Part shown: positions 48,035 through 57,056 of the stretch, piece by piece
Layout of the letters: each line of letters starts with the position of its first letter
Position numbering within the stretch: the stretch's first letter is position 1
Assembly: GCA_041486305.1 (NCBI GenBank)
Contig: JBGPLG010000013.1
Coordinates: forward strand, 153-64,152
Direction of reading: 5' to 3'
Source of the DNA: Gemmatimonadota bacterium
GTDB taxonomy: Bacteria > Gemmatimonadota > Gemmatimonadetes > Gemmatimonadales > GWC2-71-9
DNA length: 64,000 bases
Notes under the pieces: model-generated
What the model saw: the letters and a program-made list of their open reading frames with translations, nothing else
Databases searched by the model: none
What the model was told of the DNA's origin: nothing
Position numbers and translations under genes: made by a program

Positions 48035-48802
48035 CTAGGGGTGGATCAGAGCGGCATTCACCTCATCGGCGGCCTGCTGGAACAGCAAGGCCCGGGAAGC
48101 CGGGATCTGGATCGTGGCCCCGGGAACCGACAGGACGGCGGGCGAACCGATCACCGAGCGATGGAAGAGTCCGCCGAATACCGTAAGGGCGGCCAGATAG
48201 GTGCCGGCCACGGAAGCGTGCAGGCCGTCGGCGGCGTACAGCACCAGCGCCGGGTCCCGGGCCCAGGCCGCGCGCCAGGCGTTGCCGGCCTGCAGAAAGA
48301 CTCCGTTCACATCCAGCGCGGCGAGCCGGTACGACTCACTCGAAGCGTCGAAGTCGCTGAAGTTCACCTGCTGGGGCCAGATCTGATACAGGGCCGGCTC
48401 GCCCCCTTTGCCACGGATCAGATCGGAAAACGTCGCCACCCACTGCCGCAGGTTGTCCCGGTTCGCGGGCACCGCCGACGGCCCCTGCTGCATCACCACG
48501 AAATGCCAGCCACCCTTGGCGATCACGCTCCGGGCCTGGCCGTCGTTCCAGTGGTCCTCGAGCGCGTAGTCGGGTTTGGCCACCTGGGCGGTCTGCACGC
48601 CCTGAATGCCGGCCGAATCGGCCAGGGCCCTGACCATGCCCGGCAGGTCATTGACATAGGTGAGGCTGTTGCCCACGAAGAGGATGCGGGTGGTGGCGCC
48701 GGGATCGGGATCGGGATCGTTGTCCGGTCCGGTGCCGCCCACGCCGCAGCCCGCGGGCGACAGGAACAGGGTGAGGGCGAGGAGCCAGCGCTGGACGGGC
48801 AT
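48035..48802 (-). CDS. SGNH/GDSL-like hydrolase, lipoprotein
   Basis: AGC lipobox, ILFVGNSLT, VMQQG, DGLHAS. Confidence 0.8.
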   Translation of the reverse strand: MPVQRWLLALTLFLSPAGCGVGGTGPDNDPDPDPGATTRILFVGNSLTYVNDLPGMVRALADSAGIQGVQTAQVAKPDYALEDHWNDGQARSVIAKGGWHFVVMQQGPSAVPANRDNLRQWVATFSDLIRGKGGEPALYQIWPQQVNFSDFDASSESYRLAALDVNGVFLQAGNAWRAAWARDPALVLYAADGLHASVAGTYLAALTVFGGLFHRSVIGSPAVLSVPGATIQIPASRALLFQQAADEVNAALIHP

Positions 48803-48839
48803 ATCATGCCCGACGGCGCGTGCCGGGGGCCGGTTTCAG

Positions 48840-49085
48840 CTAGCGACCGGCCAGTCTCCGCAGCGCCTCCAGCTTCTCGATCGCGCTGGTGCCCTTGGTG
48901 GGCGCCGCGGGCGCCACGGCGAAGAGATCGCGAATGTCGAGCAGAATCTCGAGCATGAGCTGATCCCGCATGTAAGCGTTGTCGAGGTCGGCCATGCGGC
49001 GCGGGTCCGCGGCTTCCTTGGCCCGGTCGAACGATTCGCGGTAGATGACTTCGAGATTGCCGAGGATCTTGTCGCGGGGGCGCAT
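48840..49085 (-). CDS. Small helical hypothetical protein (81 aa)
   Basis: ATG 49085 MRPRDKILGNLEVIYRESF...; GC3-rich codons; fills the gap between genes. Confidence 0.65.
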   Translation of the reverse strand: MRPRDKILGNLEVIYRESFDRAKEAADPRRMADLDNAYMRDQLMLEILLDIRDLFAVAPAAPTKGTSAIEKLEALRRLAGR

Positions 49086-49147
49086 AGGCACAGGGGTCAG
49101 GGGTCGGGGAGTCAGGGAATCGGGGAACCGCGGGCCGGCTCCGGAGC

Positions 49148-49165
49148 TCCCAAGTATACTTGGGA
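49148..49165. promoter_or_regulatory. Perfect 18-bp palindrome in a divergent intergenic region
   Basis: TCCCAAGTATACTTGGGA is its own reverse complement. Confidence 0.6.
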
Positions 49166-49206
49166 AGAACTTCCGGCCCTGGCCCCTGAATCCTGACCCC
49201 GATCCC

Positions 49207-49725
49207 ATGCTCACCAACAAACGCATCCTGCTCTTCGCCGCCGCCCTGTACGAGGACCTCGAGCTGTGGTACCCCAAGCTCCGCCTCGAGGAGGAAGGCG
49301 CCACCTGCGTCGTGGCGGGCCTGGGCGAAAGAACCTACCTCGGCAAGCACGGCTATCCCGTTACCCCGGATACCACGATGGACGAGGTCGATGCCGGGCG
49401 TTTCGACGCGCTGGTGATTCCCGGCGGCTTCGCACCCGACAAGCTGCGCCGGTACCCCAGGGTCCTCGCCATCACCCGGGAGATCTTCGCCGCCAACAAG
49501 CCGGTGGCCTTCATCTGCCATGCCGGCTGGGTACCCATCTCGGCGGGCATCGTACGGGGGCGGCGCGGGACCAGCGTCGACGCGATCAAGGACGACCTGG
49601 TCAACGCGGGCATGGTCTGGGAGAACAGTCCGGTCGTGGTGGACGGCAACATGATCACCAGCCGGACCCCGGCCGATCTGCCCCATTTTGCCAGGGCGAT
49701 CATCGCGGCGTTGGGAGCGGCCTGA
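49207..49725 (+). CDS. PfpI/DJ-1 family (type 1 glutamine amidotransferase-like) protein
   Basis: YEDLE, FDALVIPGG, PVAFICHAGW, VVVDGNMITSR. Confidence 0.92.
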   Translation: MLTNKRILLFAAALYEDLELWYPKLRLEEEGATCVVAGLGERTYLGKHGYPVTPDTTMDEVDAGRFDALVIPGGFAPDKLRRYPRVLAITREIFAANKPVAFICHAGWVPISAGIVRGRRGTSVDAIKDDLVNAGMVWENSPVVVDGNMITSRTPADLPHFARAIIAALGAA

Positions 49726-49726
49726 G

Positions 49727-50059
49727 ATGTCCCTCTCCGATTCGCAAGCGCGCGTGGATGCCTGGATCTCCCGGTTCGAGGAGGGCTACTTCCATCCGCT
49801 GACCAACCTCGCGCGGCTCACCGAAGAGGTGGGAGAGCTGGCCCGCGAGATCAATCACCGGTTCGGCCAGAAGACCAAGAAGCGCGACGAGCCCGAGGGA
49901 GACCTGGCGATGGAGCTCGCCGACATCCTGTTCGTGGTGATCTGCATCGCCAACCGCGAAAGGATCGACCTGCAGCAGGCGTTCGACCGCATGATGGACA
50001 AGGTGGACACCCGCGACACCAGCCGGTGGACCCTCAAGGACGGCCCGGCAGGCGGCTAG
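49727..50059 (+). CDS. MazG-like nucleotide pyrophosphohydrolase (YpjD-like)
   Basis: LARLTEEVGELAREIN, ELADILFV. Confidence 0.88.
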   Translation: MSLSDSQARVDAWISRFEEGYFHPLTNLARLTEEVGELAREINHRFGQKTKKRDEPEGDLAMELADILFVVICIANRERIDLQQAFDRMMDKVDTRDTSRWTLKDGPAGG

Positions 50060-50061
50060 CG

Positions 50062-52719
50062 CTATTCGGCCCGCAGTGCGATCAGGGGATCGATCCGGGT
50101 GGCCTTCCGGGCCGGGAAGTAGGCCGCCACCAGCGCCACGGCCAGCGTCACCACCACCGCCACCGACAGCGTCAGCGGATCCCCGGGCGCCAGCCCGTAG
50201 AGGAGGGTCCGGGCCAGCCGCCCCAGGAGCAGGGCGCCGCCCACTCCGACCGTCACACCCATGAGGACCGGAACGGCGGCGCGAACCAGCCCATTGCGGG
50301 TTATCGCGCCGGGCGAGGCGCCGACCGCGATGCGAAGCCCGATTTCGCGGGTGCGCTGGGCCACCGCGAACGCCACCACGGCGGTGATCCCCGCCGCCGA
50401 GAGCAGGAGCGCGATCGCCGCGAAGATTCCCAGGAGCAGCGAGCGGATCCGGGGGAGGGCCAGGCTGTCCTGCACGACTTCGTCCCACGCCTTGCCGGTG
50501 AACGGGAGGCTCGGGTCGATCGACGCGATGCGGGTCTTCAGGTCGGCCAGGACGACCGCGGCCGGCTGGGTCGAATGCACCACCACCGTAATTCCCCAGC
50601 CGGGCCGCTGGCGGTAGCTGTAGTAGATCGCCGGTTCCGGCTGGTTCGCGAATCCGTTCTGCCGGTTGTCTCCTACCACGCCGACGATGGTCGCCCACGG
50701 ATCCTCGCTCGAGTCCATCCCCGGAAACCGCACCCGCCGCCCCAAGGCGTCGGCCGAGCCAAGGTGTTTCCGGACGAAGGCCTCGTTGACGATCGCCACA
50801 TAGGGGGATCCTCCTTCGTCCGCCTCCTGGAACTCCCGGCCCTTGCGGAGCGGAATCCCGAGCGTGCGGAAGTAATCGGGGCTTACGATCCGGAAATCGG
50901 AGACCGCGGGCGGGCCGCCATTCGCCGACGGCGTGCCTTCGACCTGGGCGCTCCCGTTGGGATTGTCGGACCAGAACGGCAGCGCGCTGGTCGCCGCCGC
51001 CGCGACGGTTCCGGGACGCGCCCGCAACTCGGCGAGCAGCCGATCATAGGCGAGCGTCACCGCGGGCCGAGTCGGGGTTGGTGATCCGGGCCCGGTCCGG
51101 AACGGCACGCCGGCAGCGACCCGGCCCGCGACGGCGAACCCGGGATCGACGGCGGAGAGCCGCATCAGGCTGCGTCCCACCAGCCCGGCCCCGCTCACGA
51201 GGACCACGGCGAGAGCCACCTCGGCGCCCATCAGGGTATCGATCAGTCGGCGGCTGGAACGCCCCATCGTGCCCCCCCGCGACACCGTAAAGCCCATGAG
51301 GCCCCCGCTCGCCCGCCAGGCCGGGGCCAGCGACGAGGCCAGGCCCACCAGCACCGCGAGGGCCAGCGCGAATCCCGCCACCCGCAGGTCGAGCGGCAGG
51401 TCCCCGACGAACGGCAGCATTCGCTCAATCCACCGGCCCATCAGCCCCCTGAGGACTCCGGCCAGCATCAGGCCCGCCGCGCCGCCGGTCAGCGTGATCA
51501 GGAGGTTCTCGGCGGCAAACCGCCTGACGACGTCGCCGCGACGCGCGCCCAGGGCCAGGCAGATGCCGACCTCGCCCTGGCGGCGAACCGCGCGGGCCAG
51601 GGTCAGGTTGGTGAGATTCACCGCGGCGATCAGGAGCACCAGGAGCACGGCTCCCTGCAGCAGCAGGAGTACGATCCTGGTGTCTCCGATCAGCTGGGCG
51701 CGGAACGGCACCACCAGCGCTCCGGTGGCGACGAAGTCTCCCGCTTTTTCATGCTCGACCAGGTGGCGCGTCATCACGCTCAAGTCGCGCTGGGCCGCCT
51801 CGGTCGCCAGGCCCGGCGCTAGTCGGGCCACGACCCGCCAGTTGTGGGCGGTGCGGCTGGTGCCATCGTTGTAGGGCTCCGCCGGTCGCCACAGCTCCGA
51901 CCCGGTGGGGAACGCGAAGCCGCTGGGCATGACCCCGATCACAGTGGCCGGCGCACCGTCAAGCGTGATGCTCCGCCCCACCAGCGCGGGGTCGGCACCG
52001 AATCGCCGACGCCAGAGCCCCTCGCCGACCACGACCACCGGCGGGCCGCCCTTCCGGGCCTCATCCTCGCTGAACCAGCGACCCAGCAGCGGCTCCAGTC
52101 CCAGCACCGCCGCAAAGGCCCGCGAGACCACTGCGCCTCGCAGGTACGCCGGCTCGCTCCCGTCGGAAAGCACGGCCTGGCCGGACGCGAAGTACGCCAG
52201 CCTGGGGAACAGCCGGGTCTCGCTGCTCCAGTCGACGGCATTGGGGCCGGCGACCGCCATCCGGCTGCCGGACTGGGACGCTTCCCAGAGGTAGACCATG
52301 CGCTCCGCATCCGGATACGCGAACGGCCGCAGGAACGCAGCATTGAGTACGGTGAACATCGCGGTCGCCGCGCCGATGCCCAGCGCGACGATCAGCACAC
52401 CGCCCAGGGCGAAGACCGGCTGGTGCACCAGGGTCCGAAACGCGATCCGGATATCCTGCGTCAGTCGCTGCATCGATTCCTTCCTCCGGGTCTCACGACG
52501 GGCGCGGGCGTCGATGGCATGGACGGTCGCTCCAATGGCCCTGCGGTCGCCGAAGCGGCGCTCGGCTTCGCGGTGCGCCGCTGCCGGGGCCAGCCCCTCG
52601 CCGATCAGCTCCTCGGTCAGCAGATCGAGATGGAGCGCCAACTCCTCGTCGAGCTCGGCGGCATGGGTCGCGCGGCCGGTGGCGAGACGGAAGAGCCGGT
52701 CGCGGAGCCGAAGCGTCAC
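50062..52719 (-). CDS. ADOP-like duplicated MacB/FtsX ABC permease with prefix domain
   Basis: ELDEELALHLDLL prefix, RRFGD, LLIAAVNLTNL, REIGLRIAVGA, DPLIALRAE. Confidence 0.88.
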   Translation of the reverse strand: MTLRLRDRLFRLATGRATHAAELDEELALHLDLLTEELIGEGLAPAAAHREAERRFGDRRAIGATVHAIDARARRETRRKESMQRLTQDIRIAFRTLVHQPVFALGGVLIVALGIGAATAMFTVLNAAFLRPFAYPDAERMVYLWEASQSGSRMAVAGPNAVDWSSETRLFPRLAYFASGQAVLSDGSEPAYLRGAVVSRAFAAVLGLEPLLGRWFSEDEARKGGPPVVVVGEGLWRRRFGADPALVGRSITLDGAPATVIGVMPSGFAFPTGSELWRPAEPYNDGTSRTAHNWRVVARLAPGLATEAAQRDLSVMTRHLVEHEKAGDFVATGALVVPFRAQLIGDTRIVLLLLQGAVLLVLLIAAVNLTNLTLARAVRRQGEVGICLALGARRGDVVRRFAAENLLITLTGGAAGLMLAGVLRGLMGRWIERMLPFVGDLPLDLRVAGFALALAVLVGLASSLAPAWRASGGLMGFTVSRGGTMGRSSRRLIDTLMGAEVALAVVLVSGAGLVGRSLMRLSAVDPGFAVAGRVAAGVPFRTGPGSPTPTRPAVTLAYDRLLAELRARPGTVAAAATSALPFWSDNPNGSAQVEGTPSANGGPPAVSDFRIVSPDYFRTLGIPLRKGREFQEADEGGSPYVAIVNEAFVRKHLGSADALGRRVRFPGMDSSEDPWATIVGVVGDNRQNGFANQPEPAIYYSYRQRPGWGITVVVHSTQPAAVVLADLKTRIASIDPSLPFTGKAWDEVVQDSLALPRIRSLLLGIFAAIALLLSAAGITAVVAFAVAQRTREIGLRIAVGASPGAITRNGLVRAAVPVLMGVTVGVGGALLLGRLARTLLYGLAPGDPLTLSVAVVVTLAVALVAAYFPARKATRIDPLIALRAE

Positions 52720-52723
52720 GGGT

Positions 52724-55438
52724 TCATTCCTGCCGCAGCGTGGTCATGGGATCCACCCGGGCGGCGCGGCGGGCCGGCACGAAGCTCCCCAGCAGCGCGA
52801 TCCCGGCCAGCAGCACCGAGGCGCCGATCAAGGCCGCGGGGTCGTTTGGCTTGATCTCGAACAGCAGCGTCGCCAGGGTGCGATTGAGCAGGAGCGCACC
52901 ACCCAGCCCGAGCGCCAGGCCGCCCGCCACCAGCCGCATCGATTCGCCCAGCACCATGCGCACCACCTCGCCACCCTGGGCTCCGAGCGCCAGCCGGACA
53001 CCCAGCTCCGGAGTGCGCTGGCTCACGCTGTAGGCCATTACGCCATACAATCCGATCCCGGCCAGGACCAGCGCAGCGGCCGCGAACACGCCCAGGACCA
53101 CCACATTGAAGCGGCGCTGCGCGTAGGCGGCGTCGACCACCTCGTCCATGGTGCGCACCGCGCTGAGCGGGAGGCCGGGATCCATGACGCGCACCTCCCG
53201 GCGCACCGCCACCGCCAGCGCGCCGAAGTCTCCCGTCGCCGACACCAGCAGCGACATGCGCCGGCTCCCGGAGGCGCGGTGGGGAAAGTAGAGCATGGGC
53301 CGCTGCTCGATGGCCTCCACCGAGAGGTGGTGCACGTCGCCTACCACGCCCACCACCTGCGCCAGCGGACCCTTTACCACGTCGCCGAGGCGAATGGTGG
53401 CGCCCACCGGGTCGGCGCCGGGCCAGAAGCGTCGCGCCGTGGTGGCGCTGATCAGCACGACCGAGGCGGCCGCCGAGTCATCCTGCTCGGCAAAATCTCG
53501 GCCTCGAATCAGGGGAATGTTCATCAGGCGGAAGTACCCCGGAGTCACCACCCGCCAATCCGCGTCCGGTGTGGACTTGGGGTCGGGCACTGGCTGTCCC
53601 TGAATCGCGAACACGGTTCCCGCATTCGGTCCGCCGAGCGGAACGGAGGAGATCGCCGCGGCGCCCCGCACCCCGGGAACCGTCCGGACCCGGTCGAGCA
53701 GGTCGCCGTAGAATCGGGTAGGCGCCAGGCCGGGATACCCCGTCGCCGGGAGCGACAGGTCCACCGCGAGCACGTTGCGAGGCTCGAACCCGAGCTCCAC
53801 CGCCTGGAGCCGGATCAGGCTGCGAATCAGGAGCCCGGCGCCGGAGAGGAGCAGTACGGCGAGGGTCATTTCGGAGACGACCAGCAGGCGCTGGGTCTGT
53901 TGCCGCCGGCGTCCGGCGCTGGAGCCTCGGCCGCCCTCGCGCAGGGCCTGGGTCAGCGGGATTCGGGTCGCCCAGCGCAACGGCACCATGCCGAAGACGA
54001 TTCCGGTTCCCACCGAGAGCAGGCCGGCCACCGCCAGCACGATGCCGTTGACGCTCACCTGATCCAGCCGGGGGAGGTTGGGCGGTTCCAGCGCGTGCAG
54101 CAAACGAACCAGCCCGAACGCCAGCAATACCCCGATGGCTCCGCCCATCACCCCGAGCAGCAGCCCCTCGGCCATGAGCAACCGACCCAGCCGGGCGGAC
54201 CCGGCGCCCAGCGAAGCACGCACCGCCAGTTCGCGAGACCGCGCTGCACTCCGCCCCAGCACCATGGTGGCCACGTTGGCGCAGGCGATCAGCAGTACCA
54301 GGCCCACGGCGCCGAACAGAATCGTCACCGCGGCGCGAAACTGCTGGCCTACTACCGCATCGGTGAGACCGAGCACGGTCACGGTCCATCCGGTGTTGGA
54401 GCCGGGGTACTGCGCGTCGAGCCGGTGCGCGATCGTGTTCATCTCCTCCCGCGTCGCCGTGAGGGACACCGCCGGCTTCAGCCGTCCCAGCACCCGGAGG
54501 TACCGGTTGCCGCGATCCTGAGTTGGTGAGGATGCCATCCCGGCGTCGAGGGCGGGGTGCAGCCCGGCGTCGAGGCCGGTGAGCGGCATCCAGACCTCGG
54601 CGGAATTCCCCGGCACCGAGAAATCCTTCGGCATCACACCGATCACCGTCCATGGCTCGCCATTCAGCGTGAGGGTCCGGCCCAGCACCGCGGGGTCCTG
54701 GCCGAAGCGCCGGCGCCAGATCGACTGACTCAGCACCAGCGGTCGAGCGGCTTCGCCGGGGCGGTCTTCGCGCGACGTGAAGAGCCGCCCCAGCGCCGGC
54801 TTCACGCCGAGCAGGGCGAACAGGTCGGCGGAGACCCTCGCGGCCTGGATCTGCTCGGGCTCACCGCCGCCCGACAGCGTCACGTCCTGCTGTCGCTCGA
54901 AGGCGGCCACCTGTTCGAAGGATCGGCCTTGCGACCTCCAATCGGCGAAGTCCGGCGCGGACACAGAGAACAGCAGCAGTCCCCGGTCCAGCTTGGTGCT
55001 CCACATGCGGACCAGCCGATCCGGCTCCGCGAACGGGAGCGGACGGAGCACGACCCCCTCGAACACCGAGAAGATGGCGGTGTTGAGTCCGATGCCCAGC
55101 CCCAGCGTGAGGGCGGTCCCGACCGCAAAGCCGGGGCTCCGGCGCAAGGCGCGGAGGGCGTGGCGGAAGTCCCCCACCAGCGAATCCAACCATTCGGTTC
55201 GGCGCACGGCGCGCTCCTGTTCTCGGTCAATGGCAGTGACCGTCCGCTGGATGTCGGAGAGATTGCCGAAGCGGCGCAGCGCTTCGGCCCTGGCGGCGTC
55301 CGCGCTCATGCCCTCTGCCATGAGCTCCTCGGTCGCGAGCGCCAGGTGCAGCTCCAGCTCCTCCGCCACGTCAGCGGCGGCGGTGGAGCGTCCCGCGGCG
55401 AGGCGGAAGAGTCGGCGCAGGCCGGGAATCGGCTTCAT
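52724..55438 (-). CDS. ADOP-like duplicated MacB/FtsX ABC permease with prefix domain
   Basis: DVAEELELHL prefix, RRFGN, LLIACANVA, ELGVRLALGA; ATG 55438 overlaps the padR stop. Confidence 0.9.
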   Translation of the reverse strand: MKPIPGLRRLFRLAAGRSTAAADVAEELELHLALATEELMAEGMSADAARAEALRRFGNLSDIQRTVTAIDREQERAVRRTEWLDSLVGDFRHALRALRRSPGFAVGTALTLGLGIGLNTAIFSVFEGVVLRPLPFAEPDRLVRMWSTKLDRGLLLFSVSAPDFADWRSQGRSFEQVAAFERQQDVTLSGGGEPEQIQAARVSADLFALLGVKPALGRLFTSREDRPGEAARPLVLSQSIWRRRFGQDPAVLGRTLTLNGEPWTVIGVMPKDFSVPGNSAEVWMPLTGLDAGLHPALDAGMASSPTQDRGNRYLRVLGRLKPAVSLTATREEMNTIAHRLDAQYPGSNTGWTVTVLGLTDAVVGQQFRAAVTILFGAVGLVLLIACANVATMVLGRSAARSRELAVRASLGAGSARLGRLLMAEGLLLGVMGGAIGVLLAFGLVRLLHALEPPNLPRLDQVSVNGIVLAVAGLLSVGTGIVFGMVPLRWATRIPLTQALREGGRGSSAGRRRQQTQRLLVVSEMTLAVLLLSGAGLLIRSLIRLQAVELGFEPRNVLAVDLSLPATGYPGLAPTRFYGDLLDRVRTVPGVRGAAAISSVPLGGPNAGTVFAIQGQPVPDPKSTPDADWRVVTPGYFRLMNIPLIRGRDFAEQDDSAAASVVLISATTARRFWPGADPVGATIRLGDVVKGPLAQVVGVVGDVHHLSVEAIEQRPMLYFPHRASGSRRMSLLVSATGDFGALAVAVRREVRVMDPGLPLSAVRTMDEVVDAAYAQRRFNVVVLGVFAAAALVLAGIGLYGVMAYSVSQRTPELGVRLALGAQGGEVVRMVLGESMRLVAGGLALGLGGALLLNRTLATLLFEIKPNDPAALIGASVLLAGIALLGSFVPARRAARVDPMTTLRQE

Positions 55439-55779
55439 GTCTGCGCGCGCGCGGCCGCCATGATCTTGGAGACGGCGCTCACGTAGCGGGTCCAACTCGA
55501 CTCCTCGCGACGGAGCTGGTCCCGGCCGAGCCGGGTGATCTGGTAGTACTTGGCGCGGCGGTTGTTCTCGGTGACGCCCCAGTCGGATTCGATCCAGCCC
55601 TTCCGCTCCATGCGGTGGAGGGCCGGATAGAGGGCGCCCTCCTCGATCTCCAGGGCGTCGTCGGTGGTCTTGCGAATCCAGCGGGCGATGGCAAAGCCGT
55701 GCATCGCCCCCCAGGACACGGTCTTGAGGACCAGGAATTCGAGGGTGCCCTGGAGCAGGTCGACGGGTTGTGGCGGCAT
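55435..55779 (-). CDS. PadR-family transcriptional regulator (ADOP-associated type)
   Basis: LLQGTLEFLVL, MHGFAIARWI, IEEGALYPALHRM, NNRRAKYY. Confidence 0.93.
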   Translation of the reverse strand: MPPQPVDLLQGTLEFLVLKTVSWGAMHGFAIARWIRKTTDDALEIEEGALYPALHRMERKGWIESDWGVTENNRRAKYYQITRLGRDQLRREESSWTRYVSAVSKIMAAARAQT

Positions 55780-55787
55780 GGCTCTCA

Positions 55788-55835
55788 CCTAAACGGTTTA
55801 GGCTAAGCTACCGTCACTCACCTAAACCGTCAAGG
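55788..55835. promoter_or_regulatory. PadR operator candidates: one perfect and one imperfect 7-1-7 palindrome
   Basis: CCTAAAC-G-GTTTAGG (55788-802) and CCTAAAC-C-GTCAAGG (55821-35). Confidence 0.65.
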
Positions 55836-55849
55836 GGAGCCGCCCGGGG

Positions 55850-56761
55850 CTATTCCCAGTCCCGCGGTTCACTGCGGAGCTCCTCCAGCAGGATCAGGTA
55901 GCTGGCGTAGCGCTCGGGATCGACCGCGCCCGACTTGGTGGCCTCGCGAACCGCGCAGGCCGGCTCGTCGCGATGGGTGCAGTCGGCAAACTTGCAGCGA
56001 TCGATCAGGTTGCGCATTTCCGGGAAGCAGCTCGCCAGCTCGCGGGGCTCGATGCCCCAGAGCCCGACGTCGCTGAAGCCGGGCGTGTCCACCAGCCAGC
56101 CGCCGCCGGGGAGCGGCACCAGCACCGCCGCCACGGTGGTGTTCTTCCCGCGGCGGTTCTTCTCGCTCACGGCCCCGGTGCGCAGCGCCAGGCCGGGCTG
56201 GAGGCGATTGAGGATGGTGGACTTTCCCACGCCGGAGGCCCCGGTGAGCAGCGATTTCCCGCCCCGCAGCTCGGCGAACAGCGGCTCGAGGCCTTCGCCG
56301 GTCTTCGCGCTCACCAGGAACACCTCATAACCCGCGTGCCGGTAGCGGGCGGCGAGCCGCTCGGCGGGGCCGAGCTCCGACTTATTGATCACCAGGGCCA
56401 CCGGGATCTCGTTGGCCTCGGCGATCGCGCAGAGCCGGTCGATAAGCTGGGGAATCGGCTGCGGATCGGCGGCCGAGGTCACGACATAGACCCGGTCCAG
56501 GTTGGCGGCCACCGGCCGGTTGCTGCGCCCCGAGGGCGTCCGCCGTTCCAGCAGATTCCGCCGCGGCTCGACGCCGGTGATTCCCAGGGTGCCCTGCTCA
56601 TCCCCCTCGTCGAGGGTGACCCGGTCTCCCACCACCACGCGATCGTAGCGGCTCCGCTTGGCCTTGCCGCGGAGCACGGCCATGACCTCCCCCGCCTCCG
56701 TGGCGATCCGGAAGGTGCCGCCCTCCCGTTCCAGGACCAGTCCGTTCGGGGCGCTCACCAT
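55850..56761 (-). CDS. rsgA: Ribosome small subunit-dependent GTPase A
   Basis: VVGDRV, VAANLD, NKSE, GASGVGKS, DTPG, CKFADCTHRDEPAC zinc finger. Confidence 0.93.
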   Translation of the reverse strand: MVSAPNGLVLEREGGTFRIATEAGEVMAVLRGKAKRSRYDRVVVGDRVTLDEGDEQGTLGITGVEPRRNLLERRTPSGRSNRPVAANLDRVYVVTSAADPQPIPQLIDRLCAIAEANEIPVALVINKSELGPAERLAARYRHAGYEVFLVSAKTGEGLEPLFAELRGGKSLLTGASGVGKSTILNRLQPGLALRTGAVSEKNRRGKNTTVAAVLVPLPGGGWLVDTPGFSDVGLWGIEPRELASCFPEMRNLIDRCKFADCTHRDEPACAVREATKSGAVDPERYASYLILLEELRSEPRDWE

Positions 56762-57042
56762 TCCCCCGGATGAGCGGCGATGGCGGCGTCGAGCTCGGCC
56801 TTCACGTCGAACAGCGAGAACACCTTCAGGCGCTCCTCGGCTTCCCCGGGCGTCTTGCCCCAGGCCAGCGGACCCGATTCGACATGGCCTGCCGGGGCGT
56901 CGCCCGCCGGGTTCCAGCGCACGAAGAGCAGGGCGGCACCGAACCGTCCCCGCTCGTCCGGCTCCTCGTCGACCCAGATGGCCACCGAGTAGGCGTGGCC
57001 GTCGCTGCCGCCGAAGGCGGAGGCGCGCTCGTGCCGCGTCAT
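56755..57042 (-). CDS. Hypothetical protein (start uncertain; the frame extends upstream)
   Basis: Fills the gap between the proline dehydrogenase and rsgA with an overlapping stop; globular-looking sequence. Confidence 0.55.
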   Translation of the reverse strand: MTRHERASAFGGSDGHAYSVAIWVDEEPDERGRFGAALLFVRWNPAGDAPAGHVESGPLAWGKTPGEAEERLKVFSLFDVKAELDAAIAAHPGEW

Positions 57043-57056
57043 GTAGCCGCCGAGGG

